Shown here in pieces: positions 33,874 through 42,720 of a DNA stretch of 64,000 nucleotides (positions are counted from its first letter, which is position 1; each line of letters starts with the position of its first letter). A program made the translations under genes and the position numbers. Source of the stretch: a virus (Duplodnaviria; Heunggongvirae; Uroviricota; Caudoviricetes); IMG/VR virus record IMGVR_UViG_3300028789_000005. One strand, written 5' to 3'. Under the pieces are notes generated by a model, which had not been told where the DNA came from, did not search any database, and was given only the letters and a program-made list of their open reading frames with translations.

Positions 33874-34301
33874 TTCTATCGCGGCAAGATCTTATGAAGT
33901 ACGTAGAGCGGGGTGCGCTACGGTTCGAGCCAGCATTGGCTGACGATCAGTTTCAGCAAAACGGCATTGACATGATTGTGAGTCAGGTGGAGAGCGACTT
34001 GTTGGCCGCAGGTGGATTCACGTTAGGTCGTACGCGCGAGATTATAACCATGCCTGACGACCTTATGGCGTTCGTGCAAATACGGTCCACTTGGGCGCGT
34101 ATGGGCTTCATCATGCCACCGACTGTGATAGACGCTGGCTTCCAGGGCAGTATCACCCTGGAGATAGCCAAGTTCGGCGCGCCGGGTTACGTGCCTGTTG
34201 GACAGCGATTCGCCCACGTCATCTTCGCGAAGCTTACCAGCGCCACCGAGCCTTATCGCGGCAAGTACCAGGGCCAAGTGGCCATTACGGGGGCGCTGTA
34301 G
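33870..34301 (+). CDS. dCTP deaminase/dUTPase-superfamily protein (Dcd-like)
   Basis: ORF track 33543..34301 trimmed to TTG 33870, with an alternative ATG at 33894. FIMPPTVIDAGFQGSITLEIAKFG matches the IDPG(F/W)xGxIxLE core of dCTP deaminase/dUTPase trimers. Confidence 0.55.
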   Translation: MILSRQDLMKYVERGALRFEPALADDQFQQNGIDMIVSQVESDLLAAGGFTLGRTREIITMPDDLMAFVQIRSTWARMGFIMPPTVIDAGFQGSITLEIAKFGAPGYVPVGQRFAHVIFAKLTSATEPYRGKYQGQVAITGAL

Positions 34302-36281
34302 ATGCCACGTGCGCCGCAGGTGATTCTCGCAGATTTTGAAACGAAGGGTATTCAGTCGCGGCCAAAGTACCCACCGAAGCCGGGTTCGCTCGCTCTTAAG
34401 TGGCCCGATCAGTCAGATTACAAACTCATGGCATGGGGTCATGGGGATGGAACGCGTGCGTTCGACAACAATTGCACAGAGAAGGAAGCGCGCGGCGAGC
34501 TCAAGAAGGCACAGGAAAGCAAGTATCCAGTGCTTTGGCAGAACGAGAAATTCGATCTGGACGTCGCCGAAATACATTGGGAACTACCAATCCCGGATTG
34601 GCGGAAGCGTCACGATACTATGTATCTTCTCTTCCTCGAGAACCCTCATGCTCCGTCTCTAGCGTTGAAGGAATCGGCCCAGCGCATACTAGGGATTGCG
34701 CCTGAGGAGCAGGACAAGCTGAAGGAGTGGATCCTAGCCAACATCGAGGCGGCGCGTAAGAAGCCCAGCACATGGGGTGCGTATATCTGCGAAGCGCCTT
34801 ATCGAATTGTCAAGCCCTACCACAAAGGCGATCTCACGCGCATGGGTCGGTTGTTCAATAAGATCTACCCGTATATCGTCGAGTCCGGAATGCTGGAAGC
34901 GTATCAACGTGAATTGAAGCTCATGCCAATACTGCTGGAGAACGAGCGGGTGGGGATGCGCGTGGACATGAATGGCCTAGAGCGTGACTTGCCGGCGATG
35001 ATAGCTGGCGTAGAGAAGACCGATGTCTGGCTGCGCAAGAAGCTGGGTATTGAGAACATCGACAGTGATCGGCAGCTTGGCGAGGCGCTTTACAATAAAG
35101 GAATCGTAAGCGACTTTAAGAAGACAGCCAAGGGCCATCTGTCGGTGAGTAAGAAGACACTTACGTTGAATAAGTTCAAAGACCCGAAGGTGTATCAAGC
35201 CCTGCAGTATCGCGGTCAGATGAGTACGTCCATCTCGATGTTTATCAAGCCTTGGTTGGAACTTGGTACAGCCGGCAAGGGTACCATTCACCCTAACTGG
35301 TCGCAGGTGCGCAGTCCGAAGGGTAACAACGATACAGGAGGAGCGCGCAGCGGTCGCATCATTTGCTCAAAGCCTAACTTCTTAAATATTCCGAAGAAAT
35401 GGAAGCGCGCAGCTTCTGCCGGTTACGTCCATCCAGCATTCTTGAAGGTTCCAGAATTGCCGTACGTACGTAGTTACTGCTTACCGGATAAGGGTCAGCG
35501 GTGGGGCAAAAGGGATTTCGATCAACAAGAATTGAGATTGTTCGGCCACTTTGAAGAAGGACCCGTTATGGCAGGTTTCTTATCTGCCCAAATAGATTTG
35601 CCATGCTCTAAGTGCGGCGCACCTGTAGGTAAACAATGCGTTGGTGGCAAATTTCACGCAGAACGCAAATACGACATCCATGAACTGGTGCGTGCAGAAG
35701 TAGAACGGCGTTTGATTGAAGCGTGTTTACGCGAAGGATTCGACCGTGACACTGCCAAGAGTTGCGTGTTCGGTCGTCTGTATGGCCAGGGTATAACCGG
35801 CCTGATGCAGCTTCTACAGCTACTAGATGAAGAGAAGCCTATTGCGCAGATCATCCAGGCTTCTATCAACGCGGCTGTGCCATCGATCAAGGAACTGGAC
35901 AATCGTTTGAAGGCGCTCTCGGATGAAGGCTTGCCGATTCGCACGTTTGGGTCACGTCTGTACTATTGTGAAGAGCCGAAGTACAGTCCTCTGTATGGCA
36001 GAGACATGACATTTTCATATAAACTTCTCAACTACCTCATGCAAGGTAGCGGAGCTGATGTAACGAAAGAAACATTGATACGTTATAACGAAGCCAAGAA
36101 GAATAGCAGATTCGTCGTCACTGTGTATGACGAAGTTAATTTCAGTGCACCTGCTAAAGCAATGAAAGAAGAACAGAAAATAATGCAAGATTGTATGCGT
36201 AGTATCGCCACCGACGTTCCCATGTTGTCGGAAGGCGAATCTGGTGTTAATTGGGGGACTTTGACAAAATGGCAGGATTAA
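34302..36281 (+). CDS. DNA polymerase I-family (family A) polymerase with 3'-5' exonuclease domain
   Basis: ORF track. Exo region VILADFETKG...YPVLWQNEKFDLDV. Polymerase motif A DFDQQELRLFGH (DxxxxELR), motif B RDTAKSCVFGRLYGQG (RxxxKxxxFGxxYG) and motif C VYDEVNF (HDE-like). Confidence 0.8.
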   Translation: MPRAPQVILADFETKGIQSRPKYPPKPGSLALKWPDQSDYKLMAWGHGDGTRAFDNNCTEKEARGELKKAQESKYPVLWQNEKFDLDVAEIHWELPIPDWRKRHDTMYLLFLENPHAPSLALKESAQRILGIAPEEQDKLKEWILANIEAARKKPSTWGAYICEAPYRIVKPYHKGDLTRMGRLFNKIYPYIVESGMLEAYQRELKLMPILLENERVGMRVDMNGLERDLPAMIAGVEKTDVWLRKKLGIENIDSDRQLGEALYNKGIVSDFKKTAKGHLSVSKKTLTLNKFKDPKVYQALQYRGQMSTSISMFIKPWLELGTAGKGTIHPNWSQVRSPKGNNDTGGARSGRIICSKPNFLNIPKKWKRAASAGYVHPAFLKVPELPYVRSYCLPDKGQRWGKRDFDQQELRLFGHFEEGPVMAGFLSAQIDLPCSKCGAPVGKQCVGGKFHAERKYDIHELVRAEVERRLIEACLREGFDRDTAKSCVFGRLYGQGITGLMQLLQLLDEEKPIAQIIQASINAAVPSIKELDNRLKALSDEGLPIRTFGSRLYYCEEPKYSPLYGRDMTFSYKLLNYLMQGSGADVTKETLIRYNEAKKNSRFVVTVYDEVNFSAPAKAMKEEQKIMQDCMRSIATDVPMLSEGESGVNWGTLTKWQD

Positions 36282-36429
36282 AACATTAGCAGTAGTAAAG
36301 AGGCAGCCTGGACCACTGTGCTGACCGGGTTACTGCATGAAGTAGATTCACTGCTTGATCCTGAGCATGTCTATCACTTGCCAAGTACGCAAGACGACGG
36401 CGAACCAACCACTGAGTAAGAAAGGCACA

Positions 36430-37221
36430 ATGGCACCTAAGAAAGTACCCGCACCCGAGGTCAAGAAGACAACAACTACATTCACAGTGCCGCAGAAGTT
36501 AGCGACCCTTTCCTCGTGGTCATATTCGGTGTACACTTCGTGGCTGCGCTGCCCAGCAGCGGTGTGCTACGACAAGATTAAACGTATAAAGATATTCGAG
36601 CCGGAGAACCCAGCATTCGTCAAGGGCAACGCTGTCCACAAATTTGCCGAGGATTACATCGCCGGAAGACTTCCGGCCAAGGAGCCAATCCATCCAGGCT
36701 TAAAGCAAGTGCAAGATCGTGTGACTACGTATCGCAAGGTCAAAGCCATGGTGGAGCAAGACTGGGCGTTCACGAAAGAATGGGTTCCCACCAAGTGGAA
36801 TGATTGGACTCATTGCTGGTTGCGTATCAAGGTTGACGTCTGCGCGGTTACGGAAGCCACCAAGAAGGCGCCACCGCTGGTACATATAACGGATTGGAAG
36901 AGCGGTAAGGTGTATGAGGAGCATAAGCAACAGCGTAGCCTGTACGCGCTGGGAGGACTGCAGCTAGTCGAGCTCGGCTTACTAGCCGGTGGAAACAAGG
37001 ATACCAAGGTAGTAGCCGAGCATCTATACACCGACACCACCCAGTCGGCGACGGAGGAGTATTCACTCAAGGATCTGAAGCCGCTGAAGAGTGAGTGGTT
37101 GACGCGTACCAAGCAAATGATGGCCGATACAAAGTACGAGCCGAAGCCGGGTTACCATTGTCGGTGGTGCAGGTTTAGGGCTTCTAACGGTGGGCCTTGC
37201 GAGGCGGAGCAGAAGTCCTAG
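36430..37221 (+). CDS. Cas4/RecB-like PD-(D/E)xK exonuclease with Cys cluster
   Basis: ORF track 36355..37221 trimmed to ATG 36430, with GAGTAAGAAAGGCACA upstream. An N-terminal Cys (WLRCPAAVCYDK), HITDWKSGK (D...ExK-like), QQRSLYALG (QxxxY) and C-terminal CRWCRF...GGPCE match the Cas4/YqaJ-type nuclease layout. Confidence 0.6.
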   Translation: MAPKKVPAPEVKKTTTTFTVPQKLATLSSWSYSVYTSWLRCPAAVCYDKIKRIKIFEPENPAFVKGNAVHKFAEDYIAGRLPAKEPIHPGLKQVQDRVTTYRKVKAMVEQDWAFTKEWVPTKWNDWTHCWLRIKVDVCAVTEATKKAPPLVHITDWKSGKVYEEHKQQRSLYALGGLQLVELGLLAGGNKDTKVVAEHLYTDTTQSATEEYSLKDLKPLKSEWLTRTKQMMADTKYEPKPGYHCRWCRFRASNGGPCEAEQKS

Positions 37222-37397
37222 TGGGTAGAACTGCGAAGTATCGCTCGTCGGACGCACTCCTAGTTGATCTGTTCTTCTTGACCAAGGCTGTACCGCCGAA
37301 GGTAGAGCAACTAGGAGAATGGATAGCGGATCTACAGAGCATGTACGCGCAGTATCAGAAGGCGCTACGAAGGGAGAAGCGGCGTGCTAAAAGTTAG
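37221..37397 (+). CDS. hypothetical 58-aa protein
   Basis: GTG overlapping the previous stop (TAGTG), in frame with ORF track 37197..37397. Confidence 0.3.
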   Translation: MGRTAKYRSSDALLVDLFFLTKAVPPKVEQLGEWIADLQSMYAQYQKALRREKRRAKS

Positions 37398-37638
37398 TGC
37401 TGGGTACGAAACGATAGAAGAAGAGTTCGAAGCGAGTTTGCGCCGAGTATTCGTTGACGGCAAAGCTGATTTTATACGTCTGGACGATCGTAGACGTGAA
37501 TTTCTAGTGCGAAGTGCAGGCTATGGAGAAGAGCAAGGTTGGTTGCGCTTAGAGTTAATTGAAGTAGACGAACAATCTAGTTACCTTGAGGGACGTCTAA
37601 CATCTGCTGGGAAGGTTCACTTTGGCCTCGCGGTATAG
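37384..37638 (+). CDS. hypothetical protein
   Basis: ORF track; GTG start. Confidence 0.4.
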   Translation: MLKVSAGYETIEEEFEASLRRVFVDGKADFIRLDDRRREFLVRSAGYGEEQGWLRLELIEVDEQSSYLEGRLTSAGKVHFGLAV

Positions 37639-38005
37639 GCGTGAATCCCCCACGGAGGCGTGGTGCGTGGCATGGGCACGATTCCGTGGTGTCGTAGTGG
37701 CCAAGATGACCGGCTGTAATGGCATTCCGGATCGTATCTTCTTCTTACCCAGTGGAGCGCCAATCATCGGCGAGTTCAAAGCCAAAGGTAAGAAGGGTAA
37801 GGGGCTCCAGGCTGAGACTCAACCGTACTACCTGACTAAGCTGATTGAATACGGCTACGAGGCGTACTGCTGGGACACCAAGGAAGCGTTTCTAGAGGTC
37901 ATGAAAGGTAGGCTGGAATGTCCGCAAACCGCACCATCCAGGACGAAGAAGTCGAAGAAATCATCGATCGCGTCGAGCAAACGCAAGACGGCTTTATCAT
38001 CGTAG
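37622..38005 (+). CDS. VRR-NUC domain nuclease (start uncertain; alternatives GTG 37666 or ATG 37706)
   Basis: ORF track. GIPDRIFFLPSGAPIIGEFKAKGKKGKGLQAETQPYYLTKLIEYGYEAYCW matches the VRR-NUC pattern G.PD...i.....iEvK....ls..Q......l...G. Confidence 0.5.
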   Translation: MASRYRRESPTEAWCVAWARFRGVVVAKMTGCNGIPDRIFFLPSGAPIIGEFKAKGKKGKGLQAETQPYYLTKLIEYGYEAYCWDTKEAFLEVMKGRLECPQTAPSRTKKSKKSSIASSKRKTALSS

Positions 38006-38064
38006 AACTGTTGCATGAACTTTTGAAACTGAGACGGAAGGTTAGAAATGACTCCAGTAATTGA
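37918..38064 (+). CDS. possible 48-aa overlapping ORF (MSANRTIQDEEVEEIIDRVEQTQDGFIIVELLHELLKLRRKVRNDSSN)
   Basis: Alternate frame overlapping the last 88 nt of the VRR-NUC gene and the first 17 nt of the next gene. The sequence is protein-like and helical. Below the ORF-track cutoff. Confidence 0.2.
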   Translation: MSANRTIQDEEVEEIIDRVEQTQDGFIIVELLHELLKLRRKVRNDSSN

Positions 38065-38290
38065 AGGCGTAAAGATTGGCGACGAGGTGAAGGCGCACGG
38101 TATCAAGTGGCGTGTGGCAGCGTTGAACGAGAAGAATGGTCACGTGTACCTGGAGCGAGGCGCTGTGGGTTATGAGAAGGGCGCGCAGTGGGTGCAGACG
38201 GTAACGGCTGAGACGGCGAAGGATTACGCAATTGTTAAAGAAAACAGCGTAAGCATAACCAGTAGGAAGGGACTTGACCTTGCCGACTGA
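38048..38290 (+). CDS. hypothetical protein
   Basis: ORF track; GGAAGGTTAGAA upstream. Confidence 0.4.
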   Translation: MTPVIEGVKIGDEVKAHGIKWRVAALNEKNGHVYLERGAVGYEKGAQWVQTVTAETAKDYAIVKENSVSITSRKGLDLAD

Positions 38291-39770
38291 CCTCGTACCA
38301 AAATCACTGGCTCTGAAGATGGAGCAGTGGCGGAAAGCGGCTAAACCGTGGACGCCATGGCCGTATCAGGAACGCACACTGAAGTTCATGCTAGAGAATC
38401 CTCGGTCTGGCTTGCTGCTCGATCCTGGAATGGGCAAGACAAGCGTTTCATTGGCTATGTTCAAGATATTACTGAAGAAGAAGTTAGCCAAGCGCATGTT
38501 GGTCATCGCACCGTTACGGGCGTGCTACTATACTTGGCCAGCGGAGGTGTGTGATTGGACAGACTTCAAAGACATGCGTATCGCTCTGTTGCATGGTGCC
38601 GACAAGGAGAAGAATCTACGCAATTTGCAACCAGAGCATCAGATCTGCATTATTAATCCTGAGGGCATTCCATGGTTATTCGAGACCATGAAGCGCGCTA
38701 AATTGCTGGAAGCTGATGTGCTGGATATTGATGAATCGTCTCTATGGAAGAGTAGTGCAACGGTGCGTTTCCGCGCTTTGCGGAAGCACCTGCGTACGTT
38801 TAAGCGGCGACATATACTCACAGGTAGCCCTCGTCCTCGTAACTATCTGGACTTGCATGGGCAGGTGTATCTACTGGATCAGGGTGCAGCGCTGGGAGAG
38901 TACATATCCAGCTATCGCAATACGTACTTCTTCCCTACCGGCTACCAGATGCGCGAGTGGCAGATACTGCCAGGTGCTGAGAAGAAGATCGACGCGCTGG
39001 TAGCGCCCATGATGATGCGTCTGGACGCCAAGGACTATCTGAAGCTGCCTAAGGAGATGGAGCGCACCCACCGGGTTGATCTACCCACGGCGGCGCGCGT
39101 TGAATATGACAAGATTGAGAACTCGCTACTCAGTACACTCTTCACGCAGCCGTTGGTGAATTCAGCCAGCGCGCGGTCGAAGTGCTGCCAGATTGCCAAC
39201 GGATCGGTATACCTGGACTACGACCCGGAAGAGAATTGGGGTAACAAGCAACGACCAGTTAAGGTAGTGCACACGGCCAAGGTGGAAGCGGTAGTGGACC
39301 TTGTACGTGAGCTACAGGGTGAGCCGTTACTACTTGGTATCGGTTTCCAGCATGACGTAACGGCGCTGCGGTTGGCGCTGGGTAAGGACGTTCCATGCAT
39401 CAACGGGCAAACCACACGGTCGCAAGCGGCGGACTACATCGAGCGGTGGAATAAGGGCCAATTGCCGTTGCTGCTAGGTCACCCGGCCAGCATGGCGCAT
39501 AGTTTGAATATGCAGAAGTTCAGCTCTAGACACGTCGGTTACTTCGACATACCAGACAACTACGATCTTTATCACCAATTCTTCCTGCGTGTATTGCGCC
39601 AAGGCAACAAATCGGCGTGGGTCATGAAGCACCACTTCGTCGTCAACAATACGGTGGACATACCAAAGATTCGAAATTTAAGGTCTAAGGAAACTGGGCA
39701 GAAGGCGTTTCTAGCGTCCATGAAGGAGTACTCGGAAGAAAGAGCTGGTGGTAAGAAAGGGAAGAAGTGA
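38274..39770 (+). CDS. SNF2/DEAD-like superfamily II DNA helicase
   Basis: ORF track, with an alternative ATG at 38319. Walker A LLDPGMGKTSVSL, DExx box VLDIDESS and motif III ILTGSPRPRN; helicase C-terminal half. Confidence 0.7.
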   Translation: MTLPTDLVPKSLALKMEQWRKAAKPWTPWPYQERTLKFMLENPRSGLLLDPGMGKTSVSLAMFKILLKKKLAKRMLVIAPLRACYYTWPAEVCDWTDFKDMRIALLHGADKEKNLRNLQPEHQICIINPEGIPWLFETMKRAKLLEADVLDIDESSLWKSSATVRFRALRKHLRTFKRRHILTGSPRPRNYLDLHGQVYLLDQGAALGEYISSYRNTYFFPTGYQMREWQILPGAEKKIDALVAPMMMRLDAKDYLKLPKEMERTHRVDLPTAARVEYDKIENSLLSTLFTQPLVNSASARSKCCQIANGSVYLDYDPEENWGNKQRPVKVVHTAKVEAVVDLVRELQGEPLLLGIGFQHDVTALRLALGKDVPCINGQTTRSQAADYIERWNKGQLPLLLGHPASMAHSLNMQKFSSRHVGYFDIPDNYDLYHQFFLRVLRQGNKSAWVMKHHFVVNNTVDIPKIRNLRSKETGQKAFLASMKEYSEERAGGKKGKK

Positions 39771-40222
39771 GCAGTAAAACTGAAGCACAATACTTACGCG
39801 AAGCTACGAAAGTAGGCAAGTGTCGTCTTCATCCTTCGCGAAATGTAGCCAGACGCGTTTACATTCTACGTCATGGCTACGTACCCAGTCACATATACGT
39901 TTGCCATAAATGTGATCAACCGCAATGTATCGTGGATACGCATCATTTTCTTGGTACGCAGCTTGACAATGTTCGTGACATGATTCGCAAGGGTAGAAAA
40001 CGACAGGTAGAGTGGACGTCTGAAATGCGTGCTAAGAAAGCTGAATCATCTAGAAGTATGTGGGCCGATCCGAAGTTTCACAAAGCACAGAAGAAGCGTA
40101 TAAAGGATGCTTACGCGAAGAAAGTGTGGACTAAAGAAGAGCTCGCAGCGAAGTCTGCCGCTGTGAAGCTTGGCCACATCACCAGAGCGATAAATAAAGC
40201 AGCAAGAGCGAAGGCGCTATAA
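39767..40222 (+). CDS. HNH homing endonuclease
   Basis: ORF track; GTGA overlap with the helicase gene. YVCHKCDQPQCIVDTHHFLGTQLDNVRDM carries the C..C / HH / N / H arrangement of HNH nucleases. Basic C-terminal repeats are NUMOD-like. Confidence 0.6.
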   Translation: MSSKTEAQYLREATKVGKCRLHPSRNVARRVYILRHGYVPSHIYVCHKCDQPQCIVDTHHFLGTQLDNVRDMIRKGRKRQVEWTSEMRAKKAESSRSMWADPKFHKAQKKRIKDAYAKKVWTKEELAAKSAAVKLGHITRAINKAARAKAL

Positions 40223-40223
40223 T
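40218..40223 (+). promoter_or_regulatory. promoter-like -10 box (gcGCTATAATt) overlapping the HNH stop codon, 32 nt upstream of the 40255 start
   Basis: gYTATAAT motif family; followed by a small inverted repeat AGAGCG...CGCTCT around the RBS. Confidence 0.35.
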
Positions 40224-40254
40224 TCAAAGAGCGTCAGAAGGAGGCGCTCTGAAA

Positions 40255-40545
40255 ATGAACTGCATCGCGAGAGTTCCCATGGGTGGGCGCAGCGTTAGTA
40301 TGCGCTCGTGCTTACGCGCCGCATGCGTGGGCGGTTACTGTACGCAGCACAATCCAGAAAATGTGGCTAGGAAAGCTGAAGAGCGAAGCGCCAAGTGGGA
40401 TGCCGCGCAGAAGGAGCGCGTAAAGAAGTTTAGCTGTCTACCGTGCGCTATTGCGCTACTGAAACGTGCGCAAGCCCAGCTTCGCGTTGACAGCAAGTTG
40501 AACAAGGACGTTGAGAAGTTCCTGCGGGAGGTCTCCAATGGTTGA
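40255..40545 (+). CDS. hypothetical Cys-containing protein
   Basis: ORF track; GAAGGAGGCGCTCTGAAA upstream. Confidence 0.4.
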   Translation: MNCIARVPMGGRSVSMRSCLRAACVGGYCTQHNPENVARKAEERSAKWDAAQKERVKKFSCLPCAIALLKRAQAQLRVDSKLNKDVEKFLREVSNG

Positions 40546-41032
40546 GCAGCTGGAACTCCCCGTAAACGCGGTAGAAGTAGTGCCGCAGCCTGGACTCTTG
40601 GCTACGTGGGCCGAGGTCCAGGCATTCATCTTTGCCGGCAAGGCGACGTTCACCCTGGTGTCGCTGAAGACGGGCGTACGCTTCACGTACAAGGTCACCA
40701 AGCGCAAAGAGAATCCGGCCGACGACACTGTGTACTTCGCAAACCTACTGCGTGGCCCCGACAACACGTCGGACTTTGCGTACATGGGTGTTCTTCGTAA
40801 AGACCCGGCGCGCTTCTTCTGGACGGCTACCAGCGGCAAGGTCGGCCGGCAAGCGGCGGCGTACAAGGCGCTGGTCTGGTTCGTGGACGCCATGAAGTGT
40901 GGGCGCGAGGTGCTTGGCGATACGCTGGCGGTCTGGCATGAGGGAGCGTGCGGTCGGTGCGGTCGGAAGCTTACGGTTCCAGGCTCCATCGCGGCGGGTC
41001 TTGGCCCCGAGTGTGCAGGGAGGATGGTATGA
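40538..41032 (+). CDS. hypothetical protein with C-terminal Cys cluster
   Basis: ORF track 40511..41032 trimmed to ATG 40538. Confidence 0.45.
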   Translation: MVEQLELPVNAVEVVPQPGLLATWAEVQAFIFAGKATFTLVSLKTGVRFTYKVTKRKENPADDTVYFANLLRGPDNTSDFAYMGVLRKDPARFFWTATSGKVGRQAAAYKALVWFVDAMKCGREVLGDTLAVWHEGACGRCGRKLTVPGSIAAGLGPECAGRMV

Positions 41033-41220
41033 CCTTTGAGCAAGAGTACACCGAAGAAGAGGTCACGATGTTACTGCGCGGATTAGACCTGTTGGCAACT
41101 GAGATGCGTCAAGCGCAGTACGTTGCCGTGCGTGACGGCAACAAGCCGTTCGTCAAGCACAATGCGTATTTTCTTGGAGTTTTACGTAAACTCCGCGAGA
41201 AGCTGCGTTCAGAGGTATAA
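41029..41220 (+). CDS. hypothetical small protein
   Basis: ORF track 40948..41220 trimmed to ATG 41029 (ATGA overlap). Confidence 0.4.
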   Translation: MTFEQEYTEEEVTMLLRGLDLLATEMRQAQYVAVRDGNKPFVKHNAYFLGVLRKLREKLRSEV

Positions 41221-41221
41221 T
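41216..41221 (+). promoter_or_regulatory. promoter-like -10 box (gaGGTATAATg) 32 nt upstream of the 41253 start
   Basis: gYTATAAT motif family. Confidence 0.3.
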
Positions 41222-41252
41222 GTTTTCAGCGGACTGAAGGGGCCGCCAAGAC

Positions 41253-41438
41253 ATGACAAAGATAATGGCACGGCATCACAAGACACGCGTTGCGAACTGT
41301 AAAGGGCGCATGCGTGGTGAACGTTCTGAATACGGTGTGTGGGCTTATTGGTGTCCAGAAGCTCAGAAGTCGACGAAGACTAGTGGCTGGACCGCGCAGC
41401 CTTGCACGTGCGCAAAGAAGGCGGCCAGCGATGCCTAA
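41253..41438 (+). CDS. hypothetical small basic Cys-containing protein
   Basis: ORF track. Confidence 0.35.
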   Translation: MTKIMARHHKTRVANCKGRMRGERSEYGVWAYWCPEAQKSTKTSGWTAQPCTCAKKAASDA

Positions 41439-41655
41439 GCTCACCGTCCTTTGCCTGAACGACTATCCGATAGGCGTCTACTCATCCGAGCAGTTCGCCG
41501 AGTTCGCCGCCGTCGTGGACTGGAAGGGCCGCGAGCCGCGCTGGCGGGAACAGGGCTTGAAGTTCAAGGAGTCGTTCGACGGTACCATCGGCTCCTACGT
41601 CAAATGGCACTACCACCAGCACGAGTTTGAAGTGGATGCGGAGGCGCGGCTATGA
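41431..41655 (+). CDS. hypothetical small protein
   Basis: ORF track 41290..41655 trimmed to the ATG at 41431, which overlaps the previous stop. Confidence 0.4.
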   Translation: MPKLTVLCLNDYPIGVYSSEQFAEFAAVVDWKGREPRWREQGLKFKESFDGTIGSYVKWHYHQHEFEVDAEARL

Positions 41656-41852
41656 GTGAACAATCTAGACGCATAGCTGCAGAGCAAAGACGCTCCACTA
41701 TTCTCTCTAAGCGTTTCAAGACAATGGCCGATCACATTAACTCGCTTCGTGACAGTCAGTTTGAAACTCTAGACATCAGCGAAGAAAAGTTGCTTATCAA
41801 CATGGAACAATGCTTACTGGCGCTGGCAAAAGCGCGGATTGGAGCGAGATGA
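41652..41852 (+). CDS. hypothetical small protein
   Basis: ORF track; ATGA overlap. Confidence 0.4.
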   Translation: MSEQSRRIAAEQRRSTILSKRFKTMADHINSLRDSQFETLDISEEKLLINMEQCLLALAKARIGAR

Positions 41853-42079
41853 GTAAGCCATTCTCCGTCATGGTTCCTTGCCCCGGCGTTACCAACGACG
41901 GTCTTGCCGGCCACTCTATGCGCGACTTCTGTTCGTCGTGCGCGCCGCATTGGGAGCAATATCCAACGTGCCCAACGCATCATCGGAAGCTACCATCCAG
42001 CGGATTCTGCAGCGATTGTAAGAAGTTCTACCGCGAACCGGAGCGTTTGGATCTCTCGGAGTACAAGGGGTTTGCATGA
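41849..42079 (+). CDS. hypothetical Cys-rich small protein
   Basis: ORF track 41810..42079 trimmed to ATG 41849 (ATGA overlap). Confidence 0.4.
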   Translation: MSKPFSVMVPCPGVTNDGLAGHSMRDFCSSCAPHWEQYPTCPTHHRKLPSSGFCSDCKKFYREPERLDLSEYKGFA

Positions 42080-42255
42080 AACTCTTGAGCGATCCAATCA
42101 CCTTGGAAGAGCTTGAAGTCGTCCTAGCGCGCGTACTGGATTCGCCATTCGAAGTTGACAAGTGGCGGTCCACTGTAGAGGACGCGTACATCCGCATCGG
42201 CGGAAAGAACGCGCGGCTGGTACAGCCAACGAAGAGGGAGTTCCTCCATGGCTAA
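42076..42255 (+). CDS. hypothetical 59-aa protein
   Basis: ATGA overlap with the previous gene; its stop lies just past the ATG at 42248. Below the ORF-track cutoff. Confidence 0.35.
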   Translation: MKLLSDPITLEELEVVLARVLDSPFEVDKWRSTVEDAYIRIGGKNARLVQPTKREFLHG

Positions 42256-42439
42256 ACAACGCGTGGTCGTCAACGGCACGGAGTACAACCTGATCATACC
42301 GCATGGACAAGAAATCACGCTTTCCAGCGATAAGCACGCTGCGACTATGACCACGACCCTCCACGAACTTCAAACGCAGTACGGCGTGAAGACGGCGTAC
42401 TTTGTGCGGTTGGCACTGAATGAGTGGAGACGGCGATGA
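42248..42439 (+). CDS. hypothetical small protein
   Basis: ORF track. Confidence 0.4.
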   Translation: MAKQRVVVNGTEYNLIIPHGQEITLSSDKHAATMTTTLHELQTQYGVKTAYFVRLALNEWRRR

Positions 42440-42720
42440 TCTTCCTACTATTCGTAACGAACATACTCACGATGTGGCTGCTGTGGCTGGCGATCTACCG
42501 CCTGCATCAAGCGAAGAAGCGCCCACTGATTACGGCTGAGCTCAAAGTGGAACGCACGCAGCGCGTAGAGCATTCCACGTTGACCGACGATGTGATCAGC
42601 GCGTTGATGAATCTCGGTTACAAGAAGAAGGTAGCGCAGCGTGCGGTAACTGAGGTGGTCGGCAACGGCTGGACGACGTTCGACGACCTGTTCCGCGCGG
42701 CGCTGAGGAGGGCGGGATGA
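42436..42720 (+). CDS. membrane-anchored protein with RuvA domain-III-like C-terminus
   Basis: ORF track 42424..42720 trimmed to ATG 42436 (ATGA overlap). N-terminal TM helix IFLLFVTNILTMWLLWLAIY. The C-terminal DDVISALMNLGYKKKVAQRAVTEV resembles the RuvA C-terminal helix pair. Confidence 0.4.
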   Translation: MIFLLFVTNILTMWLLWLAIYRLHQAKKRPLITAELKVERTQRVEHSTLTDDVISALMNLGYKKKVAQRAVTEVVGNGWTTFDDLFRAALRRAG

